A stretch of 64,000 nt of DNA, from NCBI RefSeq assembly GCF_018350175.1, contig NC_058383.1:22260001-22324000 (forward strand), written 5' to 3'. This document shows, in pieces, positions 26,905 to 39,563 of this stretch (positions within the stretch are counted from its first letter, which is position 1; each line of letters opens with the position of its first letter). The notes beneath the pieces are model-generated. The model had not been told where the DNA came from. It ran no database searches and saw nothing but the letters and a program-made list of their open reading frames with translations. The position numbers and the translations under genes are program-made. This DNA comes from Felis catus. Taxonomy: Eukaryota.

Positions 26905-29094
26905 ATGCGAGTAACAGCTAACATACACCAGGCACTATGCCAAGAACTTTGCATATAATTCATGCACCTGACCCTCACTGATCATGTGAAGTAAGTTTAT
27001 TTTTCTCCCCATTTCACTAGGGAGAAAAGTGAGGCACAGAGAAGTTAAGTCACTGGCCCAAGGTCACACGGCTAGTGATTTGGATGCAGGATCTGGGCTT
27101 TTTGTCACTGTGTAAGTTAGTGGAAAGTGGCCCTGTGATGTGTGACAGTGGTACTCGCAGAGTGAAAAACAGGAAGAACAGACCTGGTCAGGGAGGTCAG
27201 GGAGGGCTTCCCTGAGGAAGTGATGCTTGAGCCGTGGTCTGGAGGGTGAGTTTTGAGTCAACCGGGGTTCTTAACCCTGGACGCACATTAAAGTCAATCA
27301 GGAGGCTTTGAATCAAGCAGGGATTCTGACTCACTTGTCTGGAATGGGCCCAGGCACTGGTATTGGGTTATACAGCTTCGCAGAGGATTCAGATGTGCAA
27401 CCAGGATGGGGCCTCCCTGAACTCCGGGGCAGAAGAGAGAGACGAGCTCAGCACAGGGAGCCCCAAGTGCAACCACCTGGTGTGGGAGAGCAGGGAGGAC
27501 CGGAGGCTGCAAGGAGGAAGCTCGGTGGGGAGGAAGGATGTGGTCAAGGAAGGGCTGGAGGGGTGACAGGGCCTTCTGAGCAGGGCGACCCTATTATAAT
27601 CTCTCTTCCAAAGGGGGCTCGGTAAGAATGACAGGAATGCCAGGGGCACAAACCCTTTGGGATTCCAGTGCAACGTAACAACCAGGTCTGTCTCCAGGAA
27701 AGCGTGGCAAAGGAGGATGTGTGAAAACCTTGCCTGTCAGCCACGTCAGAGCGTCGGCTTTGTCCCAAGAACAGTGGGAAGCCACTGACGTGTTTCCAGC
27801 AAGGATGATGACAGGATCGTATCTGGTTTGGGGAAAGATGACTCCACTGTAATGTGGAGGTGACAGGCTGGTGAGAACAGAGAGGAGTCAGGGAATCGAA
27901 CAAGGGGCTAATGGTCCAGGGAGGGCGAATGGAGCCTGGATCGGGCCCTGTCTCTGGGGATGGAGAGAAGTGGGTGGCCATGTATTGTGGTGGGAAGAGC
28001 AGGCTTGGGAGCCAGACCACGCTCAAACTCAGACTCGGCTGCTTATTAGTCATGTGACCCAGCAAATCAGCTAACTTCTCTGTAGGTTGGGCGTAGAAAG
28101 AGGATCTTTCTCATGGGGTGAGGCTTCAATGAGTTGGTGCATGTAAATCACTTAGAACAGCACCTGGCATATGATAGGCATTATATAAATGTTAGCTATA
28201 ATTACTGTTCAGAAGGTACAACAGGAGCTGGCAATGGAGAGAGTATGAGGGTAGGGAAAGGCTGGGGACACAGAAGAAGAAGCAGCCCTAAGAATGGAGC
28301 CTTGCTCAGTAGGATGCTGGAGAGCCACGGCTGAAGGGTGAAGAGGACGAAAGACAGAAGGTTGCATGACGAAGGGCTGAGATGCAGAATGAAGGAGGAG
28401 AGCCCGGGCCGGAAGGCCAAGATTGAAAGCAAAAACAGGTCCAAGATTCTGAGTCAAGCACTTACATAATATGCCAGGCGCTGTGTTAAGCTTTTTGCAT
28501 ACATTACCTCATTTAATACTCATGAAGTAGGTATATTATCATCCTCATCTTGAAAATGTAGAAGCAGGGGCACAGAGAGAGTGAGTAAGTTATCTGAAGT
28601 CACAGAGCTACTAAGTAGAAAGCTGAGCTTTGAACCCAGGCAGACCAGCTCTAGAGCCCATACTCTTTATGTCCAAGACCATAAACCTGACTCTGAACAT
28701 TTCACTCTGCCCTCACTCCCAAACTACCACTACAAATATAAAAAAAAAAAAAAAAGTTTAAAAATAGGAGAATCCATTTCAGCCCAGAAATCAGGTAGAG
28801 GTGCCAAGCAGAAGCCAAAATCTCTTCAAATGTTTTTCAGTATATGAAAAAGGTGAGGCTTGAAGTGGCCTGCCTCTCCCAAGCCTAAAGAATTAGAGTC
28901 ACAAGGCCTGATGATGGGGTGGGTGGTGGACCAAACACAGCAAGCCAAGGTGAGTCCTTGAAGGCGCCTGAGCAGCAGCAGGCACCTGATAATTCTGCAG
29001 AATGATGACTGACCGTCACCCTCTCAAAGCCTTCAGGGGAAGCAAGTGGCTGCCAGAGCCAACGGCAGAGGCCGGTGGACGTGGAGAGTGCTGA

Positions 29095-29112
29095 CAACAG
29101 CAGAGGGCGCTG
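29095..29112 (+). promoter_or_regulatory. Candidate CTCF site
   Basis: caacagcagagggcgctg, one mismatch to the core. Confidence 0.4.
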
Positions 29113-29310
29113 TAGCAGCTGTTTCCCCGACCAGGGCTGGCTCTCCCGTTCCAGCAAGGGGTGTGCCCCAGCCCATTTAAAACTCAACCGTGCCACAGCC
29201 AGGGTAAAGGGACCTGGGCATACTTCTAAGGTTCTCCGCCTTGGAATGTTGCGCCCTCCCTACTCCCCCAAAGAAGGCTGATTTGACTAAATCCACATTC
29301 TCTCTTCTCC

Positions 29311-29516
29311 CTTTTTTTAAAAAAGTCTATTTATTCTGAGGGAGAGAGACAGAGAGCATGAGGGAGGGGCAGAAAGAGAGGGAGAGAGAGAGAATCCCAA
29401 GCAGGCTCCACGCTGTCAGCAAGGAGCTCGATGTGGGACTTGAACTCATGAACCTCATGACCTGAGCCGAAATCAAGAGTCACATGCTTAACCGACGGAG
29501 CCACCCAGGCGCCCCC
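29311..29516 (-). mobile_element. CAN-SINE
   Basis: TSD tctcttctcccttt. Confidence 0.9.
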
Positions 29517-29652
29517 CATCTCTTCTCCCTTTATAAGAAGGGTGGGGGAGACCTTCCACTGACAGTTCCCACCTATCAACGTAGAGCTTACTCACTGGTG
29601 GTGTCCAGAAGGATCCCAGTCCAAAAATGTGCTTAAAAACCACCACAGCTAT

Positions 29653-30105
29653 GGGCCCCTGGGTGGCTCAGTCGGCTAAGTGTCCGACTTCGACTCAGGT
29701 CACAATCTCTCTGTTCCTGAGTTCGAGCCCCGCGTCCGACTCTGTGCTGACAGCTCGGAGTCTGAAGCCTGCTTTGGATTCTGTGTCTCCCTCTCTCTGC
29801 CCCTCCCCCGCTCATGTTCTGGCTCTGTTTCTCTCAAAAATAAATACACATTAAAAAATTTTTAAAAACACCACCGTTGTGGGGCGCCTGGGTGGCGCAG
29901 TTGGTTAAGCGTCCGACTTCAGCCAGGTCACGATCTCGCGGTCCGTGAGTTCAAGCCCCGCGTCAGGCTCTGGGCTGATGGCTCTGAGCCTGGAGCCTAT
30001 TTCCGATTCTGTGTCTCCCTCTCTCTCTGCCCCTCCCCCGTTCATGCTCTGTCTCTCTCTGTCCCAAAAATAAATAAACGTTGAAAAAAAAATTAAAAAA
30101 AAAAA
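29653..30105 (+). mobile_element. Tandem CAN-SINEs; the second (29881-30105) is a young SINEC_Fc type
   Basis: second copy flanked by caccaccgttgt repeat. Confidence 0.92.
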
Positions 30106-30272
30106 ACCACCACCGTTGTAATTCTCAGATTTTTGTTGTCAACATCAAAATTTAGGAGATTCAGACTTCTCTTGAAAAATGAAACAATCTGGATCTAGGT
30201 CCTTTAAAGAGCAGGAATTTTTTTATAAAATGGAGCTGGGTAGTGGCTTCTCCTTTCAGACAGGGTGGACAC

Positions 30273-30312
30273 ATCGCTTCTCAGCCTTTTGGCTAAGATC
30301 AAGTGTCGTATC
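30273..30312 (+). pseudogene. 3'-truncated U2 snRNA retropseudogene (U2 nt 1-40)
   Basis: atcgcttctcagccttttggctaagatcaagtgtcgtatc matches the U2 5' end at 38/40; flanked by direct repeat tcagacagggtggacac (30256-30272, 30311-30327). Confidence 0.93.
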
Positions 30313-30523
30313 AGACAGGGTGGACACTCCTTATTGTCACACACTTGATTCAGCTACTTGCCTGCCAGGCCCTGGCTGGCTTTGAAGTTGGAAATCCTGA
30401 TAAATGGGATGGAATGAGTCCTTCCAAAGTCATGTGGCCACAAACAAAACATTGAGGAAAGCAGAGGAAAAAGGAAAGAGGGGGTCTACAGTGTCATACT
30501 ATTTGGATTGACTTCAAAAGAAG

Positions 30524-31600
30524 GTACACTGCTCTCCCTAGTGGCCGTACCATTCTGCATTCCTCCAACAGTGTGCAAGGTTCCCATTTTTCCACATCCT
30601 CTCCAACACTGGTTGTCTTTTGGGTTTGTTTGATATTAGCGATTCTGACAACTATCTCACTGTGGGTTGGATTTGCATTTCTTGGTGATGAGGGATGTTG
30701 AGCTTTTTTTTTTTCCCCCATATACCTGTTGGCCACTTGCAGGTCTTCTTTGGAGAAATGTCTATTCAAGTCCTTACCCCATTTGGAAGTTCTTCAACAA
30801 ATGAAAAATAGAACTGCCATCTGATCCAGCAATCCCACTTCTGGGTATTTATCCAAGAGAACTGAAATCAGGGTCTCGAAGATATAGTGGCACCCTAAGT
30901 TCACTGCAATAGCCAAGATGTGGAAACAGCCTAAATGTCTATCAACAGATGAACGAATCAAGAAAATGTGGAATAGGGGCACCTGAGTGGCTCAGTCGGT
31001 TGTGCATACGACTCTTGATTTTGGCTCAGGTTATGATCCCAGAGTCATGGGATCAAGCCCCAAGTCAAGCTCCATGCTAAGCATGAAGCCTGCTTAAGAT
31101 TCTCTCTCTCGGTCTGTCCTTCTCCCCCACTCACTCTCTCTCTCTAAAATAAAAAATAAAAATAAATACATAAAATCTTAAAAAAAAGAAGAAAATGTGG
31201 TACATATATGCAATGGATTATTATTCAGGCTTTGAAAAAGAAGGAAATTCTATGATATGGGACATGGATGAACTCTGAGGACATTATGTCAAGTGAAATA
31301 AGCCAGACACAGAAAGACAAATACTGTGTAATTCCACTTAGATGTGGTATCTAATATAGCCAAACTCATAGAATCCAAGAGTGGAATGGTAGTTGCCAGA
31401 TGCTGGGGGGAGGAGGACATAGGGAGTTCCTAATCAATGGGCACAAAGTTTGGGTAAGCCAAGATGAATGAGCTCTAGATCTGGAAAACACTGTGTCTGT
31501 AGTCAATAGTACTGCACTGTGCACTTAAAAGTGTGTTAAGAGGGTAGATCGTATGTAAATTGTTCTTTCTGAAATAGAATAAGATAAGACAAGACAGGAC
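30524..31600 (+). mobile_element. 5'-inverted L1 (L1MB-like) containing a CAN-SINE at 30976-31190
   Basis: 30524-30784 minus-strand ORF2 end (NRHFSKEDLQVANRYM); 30785-31600 plus-strand continuation and 3'UTR. Confidence 0.85.
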
Positions 31601-32029
31601 AAGACAAGACAGTAAGTAGTTCGATGGGGCAAAAAGTGAGCACCGACTGCTGGCCTGGGTAGCTGGTCTGATGGAAGGGGTAGGAGGTGTGGGAGACAGA
31701 AGCCACCCCAGAAAGGCTTCTGGTTATAGAGAAATGTGCTTGCAGAGATCCGTCAAGATGACACTTTTCACATACAGTAAACAGTTTTCAAAGGCCATGC
31801 GACCACTGCAAACTAAAACCAGCACCTTTAATTCCAAATTCTAAATTCCTAAAGAGAGAATCTGATCAGTCTAGCTTGAGACAGATGTCCACATACATAT
31901 GGACCAAATGGGGCCGAGGCTGTGGGGTCACAGAGCTTGGGGCGGGGGGAGTGCATATTTGGAAAGGCAGGTCTCAGAGAACAGGGTTGTCTGCTTCAGT
32001 TAGATTCGTCCAAGTGGACAGCGTTGAGG

Positions 32030-32280
32030 TTATGAGGCAGTCTGGGGTACTGAGTAAGAACATGGCCTTGGGGGCCAGACTGCCTACATTTGAATCCCGG
32101 CTCCACCACTCACTGGTCATGTTTCCTTGGGCAAGTCACTTAGTCTCTGAGCGTCTCAGTTTCCTCATCTGTAAAATGGGGATGATAACAGTGGTACTTC
32201 TAGAGTGTAATGAAGAATAAAGAGTTATGATATGTAAAGTGCCTAAAACAGAATGATATCTATGAATGCTGGCTCTTAGA
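32030..32280 (+). mobile_element. MIR relic
   Basis: ctcagtttcctcatctgtaaaatggggatgataa. Confidence 0.85.
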
Positions 32281-32289
32281 TATTACTAT

Positions 32290-32645
32290 TTTTTTTTACT
32301 TTTTTAATATTTTTATTTTATTTTTGAGAGAGAGAGAGAGACACAGAGCACAAGTGGGGGAGGGGAAGACAGAGAGAGAGACACACACACAGAATCTGGA
32401 GCAGGTTCCAGGCTCTGAGCTGTCAGCACACAGCCTGACACGGAGCTTGAACTCATGAACCGTGAGATCTTGACCTCAGCCAAAGTCAGATGCTCAACCA
32501 CCTGAGCCACCCAGGCATCCCTTGGTCATTACTATTTTTAAAAAATACTGTATTTAGGGGCTCTTGGCTGGCTCAGTCAAAAAAGCATATGACTCTTGAT
32601 CTCAGGGTTGTGAGTTCGAGCCCACATTGGGTGTAGAGATTACTA

Positions 32646-32688
<43 letters not shown>

Positions 32689-32730
32689 ACAAACAAACAA
32701 ACAAACTTAAAAATAATAATAATAAGTAAA
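32290..32730. mobile_element. Divergent SINE pair: CAN-SINE (-, 32290-32521) and short CAN-SINE (+, 32557-32730) with (TAAA)n tail
   Basis: heads at about 32521 and 32557. Confidence 0.88.
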
Positions 32731-33935
32731 AATAAAAGTACTATATTTAGAAATCCTAGAATCCTAGGCCACTGAAGACAGGGGAAGCCATCAGGAATAC
32801 AAAAAGCTGGAGACAGAAGAAAGGCGAGAAATGAGGTCTTTTGACTCTGGGACCAATGCCTTTCACATCCCTGCAGGCTGCCTCTCTCCAGGGTCATCAG
32901 CCTTTTGATTTCTCTACTTCCCTCAGGCCCACAGGCTCCACGGGCTAAATCTCTGGGAAATTGCCTTTCTCGGGCTCTGAGGCTGGTCCGCCACCAACTA
33001 GGAGAAGCCAAAATAATTCATAAGACAGGACACCTCCACCCCATTCAAATCACAGCAGCCCTGCCCTTTTGGTGCAGGACAAACAGTTGGTTTCTGTTCT
33101 CAGGACGCTGCGCATCATAGATTTGCTTCTTCCTCCACAGCATGAAGCTCCGTGTCTTTATGACAGAGAACTATTGAGAAGCAATCCGTGTTGACCTTTA
33201 CCTGCTGTTTCTGCATTGCGCAAGCCGTCACAGGCACGGGGCAAACGGGAGCGAGCGGAAGAATCAAGTGCAATTCTCCCCGAGGTCGGAAGATGTGCGT
33301 TTTATCACATCACCCTCATTTTATCAGACTCTTCCTCCAACCAGCCCATGGGACGTGTCTGTGTGTTTCCATTTCATGGCAAGCGAGATGGATACACGGC
33401 ACGCCAAAAACAAGGCTGCACTTTTGAAACCCACTCTCAAAGACCTGAAAGGGCCGCTGGTGATAATAATTTTGGCACGTATTTTGTTCCAGGCATGGCA
33501 CACAGCCCTTCACGGGGATTGGCTCATCTGATCTTCATCTGAGCTTTATGAGGAGGGTATTATTTTATCCTCTTTTTACTGATAAGGAAACTGAGGCAGA
33601 GGGCAGGTAACTAGCCTAAGATTATCCAGCCGCTTAGCCAATTGCAAACCTAGCATTCAAATACAACTGCCCCGGTTTCAGAGCCAGGATACGATATTGC
33701 CTTACACTAGCTTCCAAACTCAGTCACCCATCAAAATTACCTGAAGGACTTTAAAATACCTGTTTCCAGGCCCTTGTCTGTATTTCTAAAGGTGAGCTCT
33801 GTTTTTAGCAGGCTCCCCAAATAATGCTTAAGCATTCAACCTGTCTGTATTCTGCAAAGCGGCCATTTAGAAACTGTAGTGGTCTGTGTATTGTTTTGAT
33901 CTGCCAAACCTCTCTGCTTCCTTTTCTTTCTTTTC

Positions 33936-33991
<56 letters not shown>
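33936..33991. repeat. (TCTA)14 tetranucleotide microsatellite
   Basis: direct read, uninterrupted. Confidence 0.95.
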
Positions 33992-33992
<1 letters not shown>

Positions 33993-34228
33993 TTTGGTAG
34001 CAATGCCTCATTTCTCCTTTGAAAGCCATCCCACCTACACTGTATTTAGACTTGGAGGGAACACTATAAAGATCCAGCCAAGGTCTACTTAGGTAACTTG
34101 AACTTGACGAAATAAATACTCTTCTGGAATTTGAATTTAAAACCAAAGCAACACAAGAATCAAAATGAGACACAGCTGGTCTGACTGTTCAGGTTTTCTT
34201 CCAATTCTCTAAAAGTACATCATATCTT

Positions 34229-34447
34229 GGGGCGCCTGGGTGGCTCAGTCGGTTAAGCGTCCGACTTCAGCTCAGGTCATGAACTCGCAGTTTGTGAGTT
34301 TGAGCCCCGCGTCGGGCTCTGTGCTGACAGCTCGGAGCCTGGAGCCTGCTTCGGATTCTGTGTCTCCCTCTCTCTCTGCCCCTCCCCTGCTCATGCTGTG
34401 TCTCTCTCTGTCTCAAAAATAAACAAAAACATTTTAAAAAAATTTAA
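34229..34447 (+). mobile_element. CAN-SINE
   Basis: TSD aaagtacatcatatctt. Confidence 0.93.
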
Positions 34448-35379
34448 AGTACATCATATCTTTTCCAATAAATTCTAATCTGAGTTAACCAAAGATGGTT
34501 TCCTTTGCACACAGCCAAACAACACCAGTAAAAGAACCACCAATGTGGTAGAAACCCACATCTACCACAGATACCCCCTATACAGCATCCATAGCAACTG
34601 ATCTTAGCTCTGCCAACATGGGAAATTAATATCCTTATACAGCAACTGGTTGGTCAGTTTGGGATGCCCTTCTTTAGCCAAAATAGACGGTCCCCAGTCC
34701 CGATTCTGTCATTTGAATCTATATTTTAAAAAATCTAGACAACAGCTCTTTGGGTATTTAATGAAAGCCTAGCCTCGGAGCTAAACAGGCCAACTCTCAG
34801 AGCACCTCCAAGCCTCCCTGTGAGGCATCTTTTTGGCATTTGGTAACACACACTCTGGTTACTGAGCACTTTGGCCGTGAATGCAGAAGTTACAGACTGC
34901 AATGTTACATAACATAAATTGAATGTATCTTCAGCACAATGATGCACTTTCAGATTTAGATAGGTAATAGATATAAATAAAAGACAGACTTCCTATACTG
35001 TTCAGACTGAACTGCACCTGACATTATTTGTCCTTGAGAGATACAGATGGGCCTTCTTTGGTCCATGTGATGGTGAGATCTTACCATGATGCCAAGAGGG
35101 ATGGTGAACCCTAACTGTTGTTTCCCCTCTTGAAAGGAGCTAGACAGGCTTGGAGCATCATTAGAGCTCACCTGTGGGGGGTCCCCAGTTGGTGTTATGT
35201 GAGACTAACAACCCAGACTTTGAAAAACATGGAGTACACTGTTATGTTGCTCTATCTGAGCCAAGAAGACCAGCCAATGTAGGTGGGAAGTGGGCAGGAC
35301 CTCAGACTATGGCAGAGCTAGGATTTCCCTCCTCTCGGCCAAAGATGAATTGGCCCAGATTTATCAGGAGCCAGAATCA

Positions 35380-35630
35380 TTTTTTTAATGTTTATTTATT
35401 GAGAGAGAGAGAGACAGAGAGAGAGGGAGACAGAGAGAGACAGAGACAGCATGAGCAGGGAGGGGCAGAGAGAGAGAGAGAGGGAGAGAGAGACACATAG
35501 GATCGAAAGCAGGCTCCAGGCTCTGAGCTGTCAGCACAGAGCCCAACACAGGGCTCAAACTCACGACCTACAAGATCATGATCTGAACCAAAGTCAGACA
35601 CTTAACTGACTGAGCCACCCAGGCGCCCCC
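35380..35630 (-). mobile_element. CAN-SINE
   Basis: reverse SINE; tatcagg flanks. Confidence 0.9.
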
Positions 35631-35979
35631 TATCAGGGGCCGGATTCTTATCAGGGGCATCTGAAGATTCTCATTTGGGGGATAAGCTGGCTCCCAGCTG
35701 GTGGATGACCTCAGGAGTAACCATATCCAGAAGCAACTGCAACTGCTTACAGGTATACTCAAGCCATCACTCACATTTGATTTCAACTGAATTAAGTGGG
35801 AAGCCTGAGTCCACACTGGAGGTGAAGTAGCACCCAAAACAAGCAAGACGCAGAAACCAGTTAAAGAATACCCCAAAGTGATCTCCGGAGCTCTGCAGGA
35901 GACAGTCTGGAATAAGACAGTGAGCAGAACTGACAAGTGGACGCCAGAATATGTTCAGAAAATGTGGCCTTTTGTTTTC

Positions 35980-37604
35980 TCACGTGTGTGTATTTTTCTA
36001 TTTCCTGGCCAATCATACCATACACAGTGCTTTGCTGTCTGCCTTTTTCACTGAGTAAGATATAATGACTATATTCTCATGTCAATAATATTTTAATCAC
36101 TGTGACTTTTTAAGTATAAGCTGCATATGATAACGTACAGGTTTTAAGCTGACAGTTTCGTCGGTTTTGAAAAGTGTGTTCACCTTTATAGGCACGATCT
36201 CAATCGAGACATAGAACATTTTCAGCTGTGGGGTGCCAGGTGGCTCAGTCGGTTAAGTGTCCAACTCTTGGTTTCCACTCAGGTCATGGTCTCACGGTCT
36301 GTGAGTTCGAGTCCTGCATCGGGTTCTGGGCTAACCGTGCAGAGCCTGCTTGAAATTCTCTCTCTCTTTCTCCCTCTGCCCTCCACCCACCCCGGCTCAC
36401 ACACTGGTGCGTATGCTTTTCCTCTCAAAAATAAATAAATAAAGTTTTTTTGGTTTTTTTTTTTAAGAAAGAACATTTCCAGTTGTTAGGCTACCCAGAT
36501 GTTGTGACATTTTAGTAACTGTGCAGCAACCAAATTTGGGATACACTTTACTTACATAAATCCCAAATGGCAGCCATTTAGGAAGTTTCCAAATTTTTGT
36601 TAGTATGAATACTGACACAAAGAATATCACTTTAGCTACCTATATGTGCAGATCCTTAAGCAATTCCTCAGCAAAAATTTCTAAAACTGTAATTCTTAGG
36701 TACAAAGGATTAGGCTTAGTAATTATTAGGTCAAAGAAAAGTCATTAAGTCTTTTGATACATGTGGGTAATTTTCTCTTGAGAAGGATTATGCTGATTTA
36801 CACACTCATCAGTAATATATTAGGGTACGTTTTTCCTCCTCTTCCTCTTGTTTATGCTTGCGGCTTGAGTCCTCTTTCTTTTGACATTATTACTAAGACC
36901 GTGTTTTATATTTATGTATGTTTTTGCAGTATATCTTTGCCCATTTTATTTATATTTAAGAGGACAGGTGATTCCTTTTTTTAAAATGTTTATTTATTCT
37001 GAGAGAGAAAGAGCAGGCACTCATGCAAGCAGGAGAGGGGCAGGGAGAAAGGGGGAGAGGGAATCCCAAGCAGGAGCCACACTGTCAGCACAGAGCCTGA
37101 TGCAGAGCTTGAACTCATGAACCATGAGACATGACCTGAGCCAAAATCGAGTCAAACGCTTAACCGACTGAGCCACCCAGGGCCCCCTTCCCATTTTGTT
37201 TTCAACCTATGCTTTATGTTTCTCTTATACATTGCTTAGACTTATACATTGTTTATCCAATCTGATAGTCTTTACCTTTTAGCAGAGAATTTCAATCCAT
37301 TTACATTTATTAGATAACTGATACTATGTGCTATCACTTCTACCATCTTAGCACATATACTTTTCAGAATTCGTAATTCCTTGCTGGCTTACTTTTGTCT
37401 TTGTTCCTGTATTTTAATTTCTAAATTGTTTCTACCACATTAAAAAAAAGTCTATGACTCAGGTCAAGAACTCACACTTTGTGAGTTCAAGCTCCATGTT
37501 GGACTCTGCACTGACAGTGTGGAGCCTGCTTGGGATTTCTCTCCCTCTCTCTCTGCCCCTCCCTGGCTTCTCTCTCTCTCTCAAAAAATAGACAAACATT
37601 AAAA

Positions 37605-37635
<31 letters not shown>

Positions 37636-37820
37636 ATAGTCTATTTGAACCAATACGTCTATTCCAACAATTAAATAGCTTATTTAGCATTTGTTAATCT
37701 AGACTTGTCATTGACTATGGTTTACTTTTTTAAAGTTTATTCATTTATTTTGATAGAGAGAGAGAGAGACAGAGCCAGAGAGAGAGTGCATGAGCACACG
37801 AACAACGGAAGGGCAGAGAA

Positions 37821-37859
<39 letters not shown>

Positions 37860-38210
37860 CCCAAGCAGGCTCCATGCTGTCAGTGCAGAGCCTGATGCAA
37901 GGGCTCGATCCCACAAACCATGAGATCATGACCTGAGGCAAAACCAAGAGTCGAACATTTAACTGACTGAGCTACCCAGGGGCCCCTATAGTTTACTTTA
38001 AAAAAAAAATTTTTAATGTTTATGTGTTTTTGAGAGAGAGAGAGAGAGAGCAGGGGGAGGGGCAGAGAGAGAGGGAGACACAGAATCTGAAGCAGGCTCC
38101 AGGCTCCAAGCTGTCAGCTCAGACAGCGAGATCATCTCACAAACTGTGAGATCATGACCTGAGCTGAAGTCAGATGCTTAACTGAGCCACCCAGGCACCC
38201 CTATAGTTTT
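35980..38210. mobile_element. Old L1 relics peppered with CAN-SINEs (36229-36465 +, 36975-37186 -, 37457-37640 +, 37726-37987 -, 38008-38201 -)
   Basis: five SINE bodies in AT-rich L1-like sequence. Confidence 0.8.
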
Positions 38211-38604
38211 CTTTTTTTAATTATAGTTGGCACACAATGTATAGTTTACTTTTTTTGCCAACTTTATTAGGTTATGTTGGTAATTGTGATCAAGCTAGCT
38301 TATAATAATAACATGTGGTAGCTACTGATTTTGTCAGCCCATCCAAGTTTCCCAACCCTTCTTCTTAAAACAGACTCTGCTCTCAGAGCCACAGGGATGT
38401 CACATGATCCAGGCCTGATAACTGTAAGAGCTCATTCTCCCAACAACAGAAGATCAACCAATCAGAACTCTTCCCCAAGACTGATTATAAATGCAGCAAG
38501 AGAAAGCCCACTTCTTCCCCTGGGTCTCCATCTTCCCACAGGGTTGATTATCATTAGGTTGATAGACATAGACATGCCCTATCTACAATAAGAGCAAATG
38601 AGGC

Positions 38605-39030
38605 AAGGACAAACCAGTCAGAGTCCCAGCAGGGAACAGATGTCATACCCAAATTAAGAGAGCTTAAGAGAGTTTTATAAAAGGACCACTTGCAAAGATG
38701 TGGGCATGGTGCTGGGAAGCCATAGGGGATAGTGCAGTAACTGGGGGCTAGTGAGAGCAAAGGGACAAGGGCAAAGAGTAGCTCCTGGAGCCCAAGGAGA
38801 GAATTATGTAGAGAAGACTGCCTTTGGAGGAGTAACCCTTAGTCAAAGGGTAGAGCCAAGATGACCCCATGTTAAATACCCAGCTCACTCTCCCCTCACT
38901 TTCCAATCTACTGGTCCCTCTGGCTGAGCCCAACCAGGAGTCAGGGTAGAAAGGCAACCCCCAGTGATGCATTCCTTACAGGTCAGTCTCTCAGGGAGAA
39001 AGCAGAGTGGATCCAGAGGGCAAATAAGAG
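38605..39030 (-). mobile_element. ERVL LTR33/LTR16-like relic (similar relic at about 63050-63440)
   Basis: gtcagagtcccagcagggaacagatg.. start; recalled similarity only. Confidence 0.4.
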
Positions 39031-39052
39031 AGCTGGCACAGATGAGGGCCAC

Positions 39053-39563
39053 TGCGGCAGAATGCAAAATAGCCACGACTCGTCCATTCCTGTATGCATC
39101 CTGGCAGTATAACTTTGTAGCTCCTCCTCTTCAGAGGTGAGGTCTATTTCTCACCCCTGATTCTGGTCTTAGCCATAACCAGTGTGCCACAAAGGAAGGC
39201 TTGAAAAACACCTATGCTTTGGGGATTCCCTCTCTTGCCGTGCTTGAAACCCTAGGCCAGTGTGTAAATGTGCCTAGGCTAGCCTACTGGAGGAAAAGAG
39301 ACCACATGGAAGAGAAACAAAGCACCCATGCCAACAGGCTGCCAACTGGCGGTCATGTTAGTGAGGCTATCCTAGGTGATCCAGCACCAGCCAAGTAACT
39401 GTCTGACAATGACACTCGACAGAGCCCAGCAAAGATCAGCTGAATAGACTCAGATCAGAAGACCATCCAAGTAGCCCAGAGAATCATGAAAGATAATAAG
39501 GGATTGTTGCTTCAAGCTACTAAATTTTGGAGTGGTTTGTTACACAGCAAAGCTAACTGATAC
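39053..39563 (+). mobile_element. MaLR LTR (MLT1F-like); related fragment at about 41465-41835
   Basis: ends aagctactaaattttggagtggtttgttacacagcaaagctaactgataca. Confidence 0.8.

Noticed and set aside
30494..30982. L1 ORF2-like peptides as an active element
   Set aside because: Short, frameshifted and inverted relic
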